A stretch of DNA of 64,000 nucleotides, from the sequence record OR493421.1, one strand, 5' to 3'. The notes under the pieces are model-generated. The model was not told where the DNA came from. It ran no database searches and saw only the letters and a list, made by a program, of their open reading frames with translations. A program made the translations under genes and the position numbers. Shown here one piece after another: positions 9,038-18,461 of the stretch; the first letter of the stretch is position 1; each line of letters begins with the position of its first letter.

Positions 9038-11197
9038 ATGAGCTTTACAAAAATCATTCCGGGACAAGTCATCAATAACGGTATGGACGATAAGAGCCGC
9101 TTAAACCCGGTAACGTCTCTGCCTACGTATCCTTGTCATTACCCGGTTATTCCCGTAGTCACCCCTAAGGGTGAACTCGGACAGAGTTTCATAAACTCAA
9201 GTGACTTTACCAATCTTTACGGCGATATCCTGGATCCTGATACCCCTTATTACTCCGCGGTATCTCAGCTGATCTCGATGATCACCTCCGGCGGTCAGGG
9301 TGGTTTTGGTGTACGCCGTGTTTCCGCCAACACCGTAGTAGCTCGTGTTGCTTACGCTATCGCTATCGGGAACGGTACATCTATTCCTCAGTATCAGCGT
9401 GCGACTGACGGCAGTTATCTTTTCGACGACGATGGTGAACTGATCCCTGTTACCGGTGGTACCGCGGTGCCGGGCGTTTACGTTAAACTGGTTAAGCTCG
9501 ACGTTACCGCGCCGACTACGCCAGAATACGGCAAGCTCGTAAAATCGACGTTCACCGAAACGGTGAACGGGGAAGAAGTTACGTTTACTCAGTATCCGTT
9601 CTTCGAACTTCCGGCTGGTGTTGGTGACGCGTATAACCTGCACGGTTTGACCATGGGCCTCAATGCTTCCACGGATTGGGATTCAGTGTCAGATTTCGTT
9701 GAAGAATACGGCGTGTTCCCGTTCTCAATGAGAATGTACGTAAAATCTTCTACGGGCGTCCCGACTTTCTTCTCCAACGTTAATGGCGGTGAATCGGCAA
9801 CGTACACGCTGTTCAACACCAAAGACAAGTACGATGTTCGTTACAGCCTGGCGACTGCAGTGGGTGACTTCACCAACGCTAACGTCAACCGTCAGGTGAC
9901 TCTGCGCCCTGCTCCGTTCTACGAAGTCAAGGTTTACGATCAGAACATCCAGGAAGTTTGTGCGGCGTTGTATGCGGCGGAATTGGCTGCTGGTAAATCA
10001 GCGCTTGTTAACGTAACGGGCGTCAACCCAATTCGTCAGATGAACCCGTTCACGCTGACTAACCATACCAACGTTCCGTATTATGCGTGTATGTTGGTGG
10101 ATGACGCTAACCCGTTCGCTAACTCCGGTTACATTGACGCGGCTGGCGGCATCTCTCCGTTCCTGAAAGCAGATCGGACTACGCCAGTTCCGGTTGAAGG
10201 AACTTACAACTTCGACCCGGCGACCAACAACGGCCATATCGACCAGCTGAGCATCAAAGACGCTTGGACTGTAGCCCAGTCTCTGTATCTGGCTGATATT
10301 CAGGCTTATGCCCAATCATCCACTGTTAACGATTGGACGCGCAACCGTCAATCCGTTATCTGGGACGTGGGTTATAACCTGGATATTAAGAACGCGCTGA
10401 TCGAGCTCTGGAACACCCGCAAAGATCAGATTCTGATCCTGCAGGCTTCCGAATGGCTGGAAGACAATACCATCGCCCAGCGTTATTCCATGATGCAGTC
10501 TCTGGCGACTAAGATTCGTCTGTATCCGGAATCTTCGCTTTACGGCACTCCGGCGTCCCGTGCAGCTATCTCCCTGTGGGATGCTAAGATCATCGACGAA
10601 AGCACCGGCCTTGAATTCCCGCAAACGCTGGACCTGGCTTACTTCTTCGCTCGTCTTGGCGGTAATAGCTCCGGTAACCTGAGCTCGGTGAATTCTCCGG
10701 ATCATGGCGATAACCGCATTCTGACCCAGATGCATTCTCCGACCATGGACTTCGAAGGTGATGACGCTGCTGCGAATAACTTCGATGAAGGTGGTATCAG
10801 TCTTCGTCCTTACAACACATCTCAGTATTACCGTCCTGCGCTTCCAACCGTGTATGACGATAACGACGCCGTGTTGAAGGACCTGATCACTAACTTCACC
10901 GCGGTTTGTATTGAGAAGGTTATCGCTGACGCGTGGACGCTGGTATCCGGTGATACGACTATTGATGCCGCGACCTATGCATCAACCGTCAAAGATACTT
11001 CTGAAGCAGCTATCCGTCGTCGTATGGGTACTATGTTCAAAGACCTCCGGGTTGATTGCACTTACAACGAAACCGGTGCTGGTAGCCGAGCTGTTCTGAA
11101 CAGCGTTGGTAACGTCTGGTTCCGTAAAGGTAAGTACATGATGAACATGAGTCTTGCTGCGTATAACGAAGAAGATCTCGATACCACTAACTCCTAA
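9038..11197 (+). CDS. tail sheath protein (phiKZ gp29-like)
   Basis: 719 aa, strongly biased codons, N-terminal IIPGQVINNGMDDKS, followed by a tube-sized gene. Confidence 0.88.
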   Translation: MSFTKIIPGQVINNGMDDKSRLNPVTSLPTYPCHYPVIPVVTPKGELGQSFINSSDFTNLYGDILDPDTPYYSAVSQLISMITSGGQGGFGVRRVSANTVVARVAYAIAIGNGTSIPQYQRATDGSYLFDDDGELIPVTGGTAVPGVYVKLVKLDVTAPTTPEYGKLVKSTFTETVNGEEVTFTQYPFFELPAGVGDAYNLHGLTMGLNASTDWDSVSDFVEEYGVFPFSMRMYVKSSTGVPTFFSNVNGGESATYTLFNTKDKYDVRYSLATAVGDFTNANVNRQVTLRPAPFYEVKVYDQNIQEVCAALYAAELAAGKSALVNVTGVNPIRQMNPFTLTNHTNVPYYACMLVDDANPFANSGYIDAAGGISPFLKADRTTPVPVEGTYNFDPATNNGHIDQLSIKDAWTVAQSLYLADIQAYAQSSTVNDWTRNRQSVIWDVGYNLDIKNALIELWNTRKDQILILQASEWLEDNTIAQRYSMMQSLATKIRLYPESSLYGTPASRAAISLWDAKIIDESTGLEFPQTLDLAYFFARLGGNSSGNLSSVNSPDHGDNRILTQMHSPTMDFEGDDAAANNFDEGGISLRPYNTSQYYRPALPTVYDDNDAVLKDLITNFTAVCIEKVIADAWTLVSGDTTIDAATYASTVKDTSEAAIRRRMGTMFKDLRVDCTYNETGAGSRAVLNSVGNVWFRKGKYMMNMSLAAYNEEDLDTTNS

Positions 11198-11212
11198 GTA
11201 AGGTGACTCTAA

Positions 11213-12109
11213 ATGTCAAGCAACACTCCGTTTAGGAACACAAGCACGCTGGTACCTGGGAGTTCTGAATGGTACTCTGCGTTCGGCGTGGGCGACCGTC
11301 ATGTTCTGAATGGCCCTCAAGGGGGCCAGTATGGCTGGGCTCCCAATATCGCCAACATGGTCTCCGAGCATCCGCATATCCAACAGCAGACCTGGTGCTT
11401 CTGCATCAGTACCCCTGCGTTGTTTAGCCGTATGCCGGCAGGTAACATCCTCCACTCACTGGCGAAATCCTGGTTTGAAACGCGTAGTCGTGAAATCACC
11501 GGTCTCTCTGAACGTATCGAGACCGAATTCGCAGAACAGCGTTTCTCTGGCCGTGTATTCTCCGTGCCGTCGGGCGGTACTCGTACCCTCGGTGTTATCA
11601 ACCATGCTGGCGTGGATATCGAAGGTGAGGTTTATACTAACCTCCATCGTTCCTGGTCTCTGTATGGTTTGAACGATCCGGATCTGGGTCACCCTCGCGC
11701 GGTTATCCTCGACGATCCAGGCGATCTCCTGATCGACCAAATCTCTTGTGCGAACATTTATCTGGAACCGACGCGTAATATGCGTGATGTTGCCCACGCT
11801 GCTCTTGCAGTAGGTATCATGCCGCGTAACACCGTTGAAATCCAGATGCGTCGTAACAAAGATGAAGCTGGTCAGATGCGTGATATCAACATGGAATACA
11901 CCGGTCTGATCGATTTCGATACCCAGGCCGCTAAAGAGATTGCTCGTTCTTTCCTGAGCAAACTCCCGATGTATAACCCAGCTGGTCGCGGTGCCGAATC
12001 CGGATTCCTGCAGCCTACGGCGATTCTCCAGAGTCTTACCGATTCTGGTACTCTTGCTGCGATGACTCGTGAAGCGGCTAAAGTTACCGCTCCTGAATAC
12101 ATGCTGTAA
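11213..12109 (+). CDS. tail tube protein (phiKZ gp30-like)
   Basis: 298 aa directly after sheath; GGQYGWAP motif. Confidence 0.85.
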   Translation: MSSNTPFRNTSTLVPGSSEWYSAFGVGDRHVLNGPQGGQYGWAPNIANMVSEHPHIQQQTWCFCISTPALFSRMPAGNILHSLAKSWFETRSREITGLSERIETEFAEQRFSGRVFSVPSGGTRTLGVINHAGVDIEGEVYTNLHRSWSLYGLNDPDLGHPRAVILDDPGDLLIDQISCANIYLEPTRNMRDVAHAALAVGIMPRNTVEIQMRRNKDEAGQMRDINMEYTGLIDFDTQAAKEIARSFLSKLPMYNPAGRGAESGFLQPTAILQSLTDSGTLAAMTREAAKVTAPEYML

Positions 12110-12127
12110 GAAAAAAATAAGTACTGC

Positions 12128-12161
12128 TAACTCCTACTCCCCATGCGGGGAGTAGGAGTTA
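12128..12161. terminator. bidirectional terminator between convergent genes
   Basis: 15-bp stem taactcctactcccc-atgc-ggggagtaggagtta. Confidence 0.85.
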
Positions 12162-12170
12162 TTACGCGTT

Positions 12171-12311
12171 TTAAATTTTGCAGGCGCCGCCTTCACATTC
12201 ATCGGAAGCCTCGACAACTTCACCGCCACCATCACGAAGAGATTCGACTTTCTCTTCAACCGCTTCCAGGTTCAGGTTGTTGAGTTGATCCACGTCAAAC
12301 ATGTCAGACAT
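12171..12311 (-). CDS. 46-aa acidic microprotein ending in an NrdA-like tail (DECEGGACKI)
   Basis: ATG at 12311 with AAGGA RBS; MSDMFDVDQLNNLNLEAVEEKVESLRDGGGEVVEASDECEGGACKI. Confidence 0.8.
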   Translation of the reverse strand: MSDMFDVDQLNNLNLEAVEEKVESLRDGGGEVVEASDECEGGACKI

Positions 12312-12325
12312 TTTAAAATCCTTAA

Positions 12326-12820
12326 TTAAAGGTTGATAGGTGCAATAACATTGCCTCGGTTCCACCCCTTCTCAGAGAAGAAATAATCCTTATTCATCAC
12401 AAATGACTCTCTGGCTCTCTCTACGGTCTCACAAAGGGTCGTGTCGTCGAATAAGGCAATCATACCATCGTCCTTTAATTCGGCCCCTACGATGGCTCTG
12501 ACGACGTCTAAGAGGTGTTTATCTTTTTGTTTGTCGTAAGGTCTTATTTCTTCAGAATATAAGCCGGTGATGAATTCAGATAACGTACAAAACACAGGAA
12601 CGGTGTAAACCAATCCGTTTAATCCAGGAGAGACTCTGGGTTTGAAACAGCGACTGTGTTTAACGATCTTGAATTCGCCTTTAATTTTACCAAGGTTAAT
12701 ATCGATAACCATCTTTGTGGCGTTGTTAACCTTGATTCCGATGTCGTTTTTGATATTGATCTTTTTATAACAAAAACCAATACAAAGGATAATAGCAAAA
12801 ACAGCAAGTAAAATAATCAT
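12326..12820 (-). CDS. hypothetical protein with N-terminal membrane anchor
   Basis: Hydrophobic N-terminus MIILLAVFAIILCIGFCY; GAGG RBS. Confidence 0.7.
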   Translation of the reverse strand: MIILLAVFAIILCIGFCYKKINIKNDIGIKVNNATKMVIDINLGKIKGEFKIVKHSRCFKPRVSPGLNGLVYTVPVFCTLSEFITGLYSEEIRPYDKQKDKHLLDVVRAIVGAELKDDGMIALFDDTTLCETVERARESFVMNKDYFFSEKGWNRGNVIAPINL

Positions 12821-12839
12821 GATGATTTCCTCGTAGGTT

Positions 12840-12872
12840 ATTGTTAACGCCCCTTATGAGGACGTTAACAAT
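12840..12872. terminator. imperfect hairpin / putative terminator
   Basis: attgttaacg...cgttaacaat inverted repeat after the HD gene. Confidence 0.5.
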
Positions 12873-12877
12873 ATAGA

Positions 12878-13561
12878 TTAAGATTTTAATTTACGGTACG
12901 CTTCTAGTACAGCCTCTCTAAAGACAACTTCGTCTTTAAGTTTATCGTGGAACACTTTCCATTCTTGTTCATATAAAGACAATCCTAATTCGGGATAGTT
13001 TTTCCAAACGTAACCCGTCTTAGGTAGGAACTTGTCTAACATGTGAACGCGAACTTCTTCGACCAAAACATCTTCAGTCAGGTTTTGATCTAACCTGAAT
13101 TGAACGGCTCGTTTGCAGTATAACTCGAAATCAGGAATACCTCTGTCGGCCAGAGCGACGGTCTCTGAAATAGGATGACTGAAATCACCCTCCCAGCTTG
13201 CTCTGTGCTCCAGACAACTTTTCGCAATGATCAATGTCTCTTCCGGCGAATAGTGTCCGGTGCAATAACGATGGGTTAAATCGAAGACCAACCCATACGC
13301 TATGAGATGATGGGTTTTACGATCGTAACGACACCCAATGTCGTGAAGCAGGCAACCCGCCAATACCAGGCTACGCCACTGGTCGTCGTAATCTTGTAAT
13401 AATGCAAGATCGTTTCCTTGTCTGCAAACATGATAAACGTGATTCAAATCATGCGCTTTGTCATTAAAGGTGATCGACCATAAGCAGTACCGTAAAAGAT
13501 CAACCGGAATCAAATCCTCGGTTACTGCTTTAAATTTTCCGTACCAGCTTATTGAATCCAT
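12878..13561 (-). CDS. HD-domain phosphohydrolase
   Basis: HDLNHV, LLHDIG, EH and ALAD motifs; AGGAG RBS favours the MDSISW start. Confidence 0.85.
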   Translation of the reverse strand: MDSISWYGKFKAVTEDLIPVDLLRYCLWSITFNDKAHDLNHVYHVCRQGNDLALLQDYDDQWRSLVLAGCLLHDIGCRYDRKTHHLIAYGLVFDLTHRYCTGHYSPEETLIIAKSCLEHRASWEGDFSHPISETVALADRGIPDFELYCKRAVQFRLDQNLTEDVLVEEVRVHMLDKFLPKTGYVWKNYPELGLSLYEQEWKVFHDKLKDEVVFREAVLEAYRKLKS

Positions 13562-13680
13562 GAAAGCAACTCCTATCATTGTTCTTACTTAAATAGTACA
13601 GGTCTCATTCTTTTTGTGTGTTGAATTAAAATGCACGATGAGTCCAGTAGGAGTGCCTAAAGCACCCCTACCATAAAATA

Positions 13681-13959
13681 CTAGAACAATTTGATAAAAG
13701 TAAGCACGATGTCTTCCTTTGCTTCGGGATTCATGTCGAATCCCCAACGCGGAAATTGTTTACCTAATACTTTTCTTAGTTCAGTGATGGCGCCCGCTTT
13801 TTCTAAAATATGAATGGTTGCGCCATACAGATTCATGAGTTTGCGCTCTCGGTCAAACTGCTCTACCTTAACCTTGATCGATCCTTCATTTCTCACAAAC
13901 CCAATCCGAATCCCACCATCAGCAAGTTCGTAGATTCTTGTGGTTGACTTAGAAGCCAT
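13681..13959 (-). CDS. hypothetical protein
   Basis: 92-aa ORF flanked by hairpins, GGGG RBS-like. Confidence 0.7.
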   Translation of the reverse strand: MASKSTTRIYELADGGIRIGFVRNEGSIKVKVEQFDRERKLMNLYGATIHILEKAGAITELRKVLGKQFPRWGFDMNPEAKEDIVLTFIKLF

Positions 13960-13995
13960 TCTACTTTCTTCCCCTAAAAAAATAAAACGCCTTAT

Positions 13996-14022
13996 TTACT
14001 CCTGCCCTAAGGGCAGGAGTAA
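13996..14022. terminator. intrinsic terminator
   Basis: ttactcctgccc-taa-gggcaggagtaa. Confidence 0.75.
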
Positions 14023-14029
14023 GAATGCC

Positions 14030-14473
14030 TTATTTAAAAAGATCTTCGGCGATACTCGCGTTATTGGCGCGCATGCTTGCCGCCCATTCGGTCGCTTCAG
14101 GAGAATAGATGTAATCGACGCTGGTTACACTCCCGCCGAACAGTTCGTGCTCCCCTACTTTTTGTTTCAGGTGGTGTTGAGAGGTAAAGACGACCCCGCC
14201 CAGTTCCAGAGAACCTGTGGTGGTGAGAATTTTTTCATCGGCTTTATGAGCAGCCAGCGTTTGTTGCGCGGTAGCTTCTTCGATTGCACCGGTGATGTCA
14301 ATGAAGAGATCTTTGTGCGTCTTAATACTTTCAGGGGTTACCCCTTCAGGCAAAGAAAACTTTTCTGCTGAAAAGGTAGTGTGCGCCGTTGCTTTGTCGT
14401 AGCTCGCGTGTTCGGTCAGATTGGCGATAGCGGCAGTTTGGGATTCAGCATAAGTTTTGTTAAGTTTGCTCAC
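14030..14473 (-). CDS. probably abundant hypothetical protein (147 aa)
   Basis: GTG start at 14473 after GAGG; biased codon use. Confidence 0.75.
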   Translation of the reverse strand: MSKLNKTYAESQTAAIANLTEHASYDKATAHTTFSAEKFSLPEGVTPESIKTHKDLFIDITGAIEEATAQQTLAAHKADEKILTTTGSLELGGVVFTSQHHLKQKVGEHELFGGSVTSVDYIYSPEATEWAASMRANNASIAEDLFK

Positions 14474-14514
14474 TCTTCGGTCCTCGATAATAAATTGGAT
14501 GTTGAAATAAGAAA

Positions 14515-14579
14515 GATGAGGAAACAAAAAGATGATGTTACAACATCACCCAGACTGTCTTGTCTGTGTTTGCCTCACC
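14515..14579 (-). promoter_or_regulatory. structured 5' leader / candidate three-way-junction RNA
   Basis: Hand-folded P1 GGUGAGGCAAAC/GUUUCCUCAUC, P2 CAGAC/GUCUG, P3 GGUGAUGU/ACAUCAUC followed by U5. Confidence 0.5.
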
Positions 14580-14582
14580 TTA

Positions 14583-14590
14583 GTTATATA
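14583..14590 (-). promoter_or_regulatory. early promoter variant TATATAAC
   Basis: One mismatch to TATATTAC, T-tract upstream, TG 5 nt downstream. Confidence 0.55.
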
Positions 14591-14603
14591 GGTCTTAAAA
14601 CTT

Positions 14604-15254
14604 TTAGCGTAATGAGGACGCGTAGTACTGCAGCGCTTTCATGACCGGATAACCCTGTTCCACGATGTACGCGAAACATTCCTGATAAACGTCGCTTGGT
14701 CTTTCGGCAACGATCTCGAAGAAGTTATCAGGATAGAAACCTTCCATAAGTTCTTCGGACTCAGGGTTGTTACGAACGATGTCAAAACGATTGAGGATGT
14801 AGCGGAAGAGCAGTTTGCTACGATCTTTATCGTTAGTCGCAAAAGAGATTGCGATAAGATCTTCGTCGTAACCGAAGAGGTTGATCATGAAGATCTTGAA
14901 AAGTTTTTCGTTTGTCAGATCGGTGTACGCCGGTACGCGACGAATGAGCGTTGTCGCCTCATCATTCTTATCACTGATGGTTTTCTTCGACAAGCCGCGC
15001 TGGAACGACCCGATGGAGTTAAAAACGAGAACGGTGAGTTTCTCGGCATAATCTCTTACGCCGTCGGATTTGACACCGCCACCGAGATTACGTTCGATGA
15101 GATGCTCACCATATTGATCGCGCATCTGACCCCAAATACGTTCCATCTCGCCGTAAAGATTGCTGATCAATTTAACTTCCAGAGGAACAGTTACCAGAAA
15201 ATTGATCGCCGCCAGATCATTGAGTTGAGTGAGTGAGAGATCTTTCTTAAACAT
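14604..15254 (-). CDS. conserved-block hypothetical protein downstream of the prohead protease
   Basis: 216-aa ORF. Confidence 0.7.
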   Translation of the reverse strand: MFKKDLSLTQLNDLAAINFLVTVPLEVKLISNLYGEMERIWGQMRDQYGEHLIERNLGGGVKSDGVRDYAEKLTVLVFNSIGSFQRGLSKKTISDKNDEATTLIRRVPAYTDLTNEKLFKIFMINLFGYDEDLIAISFATNDKDRSKLLFRYILNRFDIVRNNPESEELMEGFYPDNFFEIVAERPSDVYQECFAYIVEQGYPVMKALQYYASSLR

Positions 15255-15307
15255 GGTTAAACTCGCTTATTGTGTTATGTCGACATAAAAATAGGATGTG
15301 AGTAAAA

Positions 15308-15339
15308 AATAACTGGAGGGGTTTCCCCCTCCAGTTATT
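15308..15339. terminator. intrinsic terminator
   Basis: aataactggagggg-tttc-cccctccagttatt. Confidence 0.8.
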
Positions 15340-15340
15340 A

Positions 15341-16204
15341 TCAGAATAAATCCAGGCAGTTAGAAGCGTAGGAAATGGTGTGTTTCTGTTTACGGTCTTC
15401 GTTGTGACGTTTAAGAGACCCGAGCAGCCCTTTGATGGATTCAAAGGCTTCTACCCCTTCAACGCTACGAATATCGTCAACCTTCTCCAGTCCTGCTTCG
15501 ATCAGCTGAATGGCGGTATCAGTATCCAACGTCATGGATTGTTTTTCGTCAAACACCATTTCTTGCAGGAAGGCTTCGCATCCGGCAGTCATGTGTTTGT
15601 TAGCCCAATCCATGCCCGCTTCATAAACCCAATCGTAACCAGTGAAGTATTCGACCTCACGAGTCTTATGACCGAATTGCTGAGGAGCGGTGACCGTCCT
15701 GATAGACACAGAAGTGTTCATATCAGGTGTTAACAGATTCTCTTCAAACATCTTACCAAACACCGTTGAAAGGTAAGGTTTAACTTCGATACTGTTATAG
15801 ATTGGACCGTTGTTGTTAGGGGTCCATGCGTCGGTATCAAAATGGATATTGCGAATGTGGAAAGCCGCCCTGTCCATGTCGATAGTTTTAAGACGCATGA
15901 TCCATTGATACAGATCGGTGATCTTGGTTCTTACTATCACACCGTTGACGCGTTCGTAAAAGAACATAGGAGGATGTCCGCATTCCCCATAAACCTCACC
16001 GCGTTTAATACGACGCATGAGATCGGAGTCCTCGGACATACACTCTTGAATATACTGATTGGCAGTATATTTAATCCCGTTACGGTTAGGGACGTTAAAT
16101 CCCCCCGCGTTAAGCAGATAGTAACCAGAATCATCGATCGGCTTTAGTAGTCCTTTCTTACCGTTGCTGGCAAGAATAATGTTGCCGAAAGAAAACTGAC
16201 TCAC
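15341..16204 (-). CDS. prohead (head maturation) protease (phiKZ gp175 / SPN3US gp245-like)
   Basis: GECGHP (catalytic His) and VSIRT (catalytic Ser) motifs of T4 gp21-type proteases; synteny. Confidence 0.9.
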   Translation of the reverse strand: MSQFSFGNIILASNGKKGLLKPIDDSGYYLLNAGGFNVPNRNGIKYTANQYIQECMSEDSDLMRRIKRGEVYGECGHPPMFFYERVNGVIVRTKITDLYQWIMRLKTIDMDRAAFHIRNIHFDTDAWTPNNNGPIYNSIEVKPYLSTVFGKMFEENLLTPDMNTSVSIRTVTAPQQFGHKTREVEYFTGYDWVYEAGMDWANKHMTAGCEAFLQEMVFDEKQSMTLDTDTAIQLIEAGLEKVDDIRSVEGVEAFESIKGLLGSLKRHNEDRKQKHTISYASNCLDLF

Positions 16205-16218
16205 GGTTTACCCTTATT

Positions 16219-16944
16219 TTATTCTGGCGATCCCTTCATCACTTTTTCTGAATCAGTGACTTTGGTATCAGGATTAAGAATAGCCGCAATGGTGTTGTCG
16301 GCCAGATATCCGCCCATGAGGCGGTTGAATGTTCCATCTATCAACATGCTGCCGTTATTGAGCCCCACCAGGTGAGGTTTCTTCCCGGCCTTAATTCCTG
16401 GACCGTAACGATAAGCGATCTCGTAGTTATCGGGATCTCGATATGATAATCCGTAAAGCACCCTGAATACCTGAGGACTGGTCCCTACTTTCTTACCGGT
16501 GATCAGCCCGGCGTAATCGAAAAGCTTAGGTGCCATCGTTACATCGACGTACCAAGGAACCCTTGCGAAATACCCGAACTCCATGTAATAAGAATAGTTG
16601 AGATGTTCGTCTTTAACGACCTCGATGTTGTTAAAGACTGTATCGCCCTTCTCGAAATCCAATACGACATATCTTACGCCGTCTATTGTGATTTCCCTGA
16701 TGTTACTTGGTGACAGTGTTACAGTAGCTACGCGATACATGCAGCAATAAGCGACATCGGGAATGACGATCCCCAGAACACCGATCGTTTCAACCTTATC
16801 ACCGATATCGGCTAGTGATCGCTCGATAAAGCGTTTGGGGATATGAACCTCTAACGGCTCCAGAGCGATAACCGAATGGTCCTCTAACTCTTTTAATGCT
16901 TTAAAGACCCGATCCTTATTTCTCGTTAGAGCCGAATAGTTCAT
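16219..16944 (-). CDS. virion RNAP beta-prime middle subunit (phiKZ gp176 / SPN3US gp244-like)
   Basis: 241 aa immediately upstream of the protease, as in those phages; assignment mostly by synteny. Confidence 0.6.
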   Translation of the reverse strand: MNYSALTRNKDRVFKALKELEDHSVIALEPLEVHIPKRFIERSLADIGDKVETIGVLGIVIPDVAYCCMYRVATVTLSPSNIREITIDGVRYVVLDFEKGDTVFNNIEVVKDEHLNYSYYMEFGYFARVPWYVDVTMAPKLFDYAGLITGKKVGTSPQVFRVLYGLSYRDPDNYEIAYRYGPGIKAGKKPHLVGLNNGSMLIDGTFNRLMGGYLADNTIAAILNPDTKVTDSEKVMKGSPE

Positions 16945-16959
16945 GGATTAAATTCCCGA

Positions 16960-18459
16960 TTAGACAAGATGTTTAACTAAAGATTTTACAACCGCTTCGG
17001 TCAGCGCTTCGCGTTTCTGAACATCGGTGATCTCACCTGAACCGATCAAGCGAGAACTGGTGCGCAGTACATCCGCCGCGAACGTCATACCCATCAGGTT
17101 ACCCAGAGAGGCGACGAGATCAGATCCCATGACGTATTTAGACAACGGAACACCGTTAGCGACAACTTGCGATTTATAACCACCAACGAACGCATCCACG
17201 TCAGACTGCAGCGCGTGGCTCAGACGACGGAATTCAATTTTGTCATTGAGACCCATCACGGTATCTTTGAGTTCCGCGTGTTCGTTTTGGAACTTGATCA
17301 GCGCATTCTCAACTGCGTCCCGACAGGATTCAGTGATCTTAGCGTTCAGAGATCCCGTTACGCCAGCCAGGTAATTGCGGAATACTTCCTGGAAGTACTC
17401 TGCGCCTGCAACGATGTTCAAACCGGCTTTATCGGACTTGGTTGCGATCATGGCTACGGCTTTACCGGCCAGAGCTTCACTCACAGAACCTTCAGGTGCC
17501 GCCGCTGCGTAAAGATCAAGACCTTTTTTGGTAAGGCCTACGACGATTTTACCGCGCAGGAGGTTAATCCCACGATCCATTTCCATTTTACCTACCAAAG
17601 ATAAAACAGGCATTGGAGTGAGTTTCAAACCCTGATAGTAACGAGAACAAAAAACAAGCGCTACAGTCAGGAAGTTGTGCATCCGGTTGACGTAACCACG
17701 ATACTGATGGAGTTCGATATTTTTTACGAACGGAGCCGGATTTTCATCCGCTTTCATTTTCGTAAACAGCACGTACAGGCTGAACAGAGGAGCTGGGTCT
17801 TTGTAACCAGCCGTCGTCAGATCAACATAGCCGTTGAAAATATTGAAGACGTCGGCCCAGTTGTTGTTCCCAATAAATTTATCGAACGCCCAACCCGGCT
17901 GATAAGCTTCAAAGATCTCTTTGATCTCTGCGTTAGGCGCCTGGATATAATCGGCGAATCCGCCGAAGTCTTTATCAACTGCGTTATCCGGCAACATCAG
18001 ATCTTTCAGAGGGATCTTGCTGTAGTCGATAGAGCCGTCAATCTCTTTCGGGTAAAACGGGCTATCGAAGAAGCTGTAATCGAGCTTACGGTATTCAATC
18101 TGAAGACGGTCGAAAATCTGACGTGTAGCGTCTTCATCAATATCCGTCGCCTTGTAAATTTCTTCGATGAGATTTTTCGCGAAAGGTTTGAGGTAATGGC
18201 TGATTTGCTGGAAACTTTTACGAACAGATTCGGCGAGCGTTGTACTGGCTTCATCCAGCAGCAAGCCGTGCTCCATTTCCTCGTGAGTAACTTCCGGTAA
18301 AGTCAAAGGAAGGTTATCGAGGGTATAAGGAACCAGACCATAGCTGCAATCGCTCAGGCCTTTGATGAGCGGATGACTTTTATCAGCAAAGGTTTTGTTA
18401 ACACCAACCAAACTTTCTGCGATAGGCAACGCAATGAAAACGGAAGATTGCTTGATCAT
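16960..18459 (-). CDS. virion head protein (phiKZ gp177-like)
   Basis: 499-aa helical ORF; synteny. Confidence 0.6.
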   Translation of the reverse strand: MIKQSSVFIALPIAESLVGVNKTFADKSHPLIKGLSDCSYGLVPYTLDNLPLTLPEVTHEEMEHGLLLDEASTTLAESVRKSFQQISHYLKPFAKNLIEEIYKATDIDEDATRQIFDRLQIEYRKLDYSFFDSPFYPKEIDGSIDYSKIPLKDLMLPDNAVDKDFGGFADYIQAPNAEIKEIFEAYQPGWAFDKFIGNNNWADVFNIFNGYVDLTTAGYKDPAPLFSLYVLFTKMKADENPAPFVKNIELHQYRGYVNRMHNFLTVALVFCSRYYQGLKLTPMPVLSLVGKMEMDRGINLLRGKIVVGLTKKGLDLYAAAAPEGSVSEALAGKAVAMIATKSDKAGLNIVAGAEYFQEVFRNYLAGVTGSLNAKITESCRDAVENALIKFQNEHAELKDTVMGLNDKIEFRRLSHALQSDVDAFVGGYKSQVVANGVPLSKYVMGSDLVASLGNLMGMTFAADVLRTSSRLIGSGEITDVQKREALTEAVVKSLVKHLV

Positions 18460-18461
18460 TG

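Noticed and set aside
9197-18300. Many 60-200 aa ORFs antisense or out of frame to sheath, tube and head genes
   Set aside because: Shadow ORFs of strongly biased real genes; no RBS or motifs.
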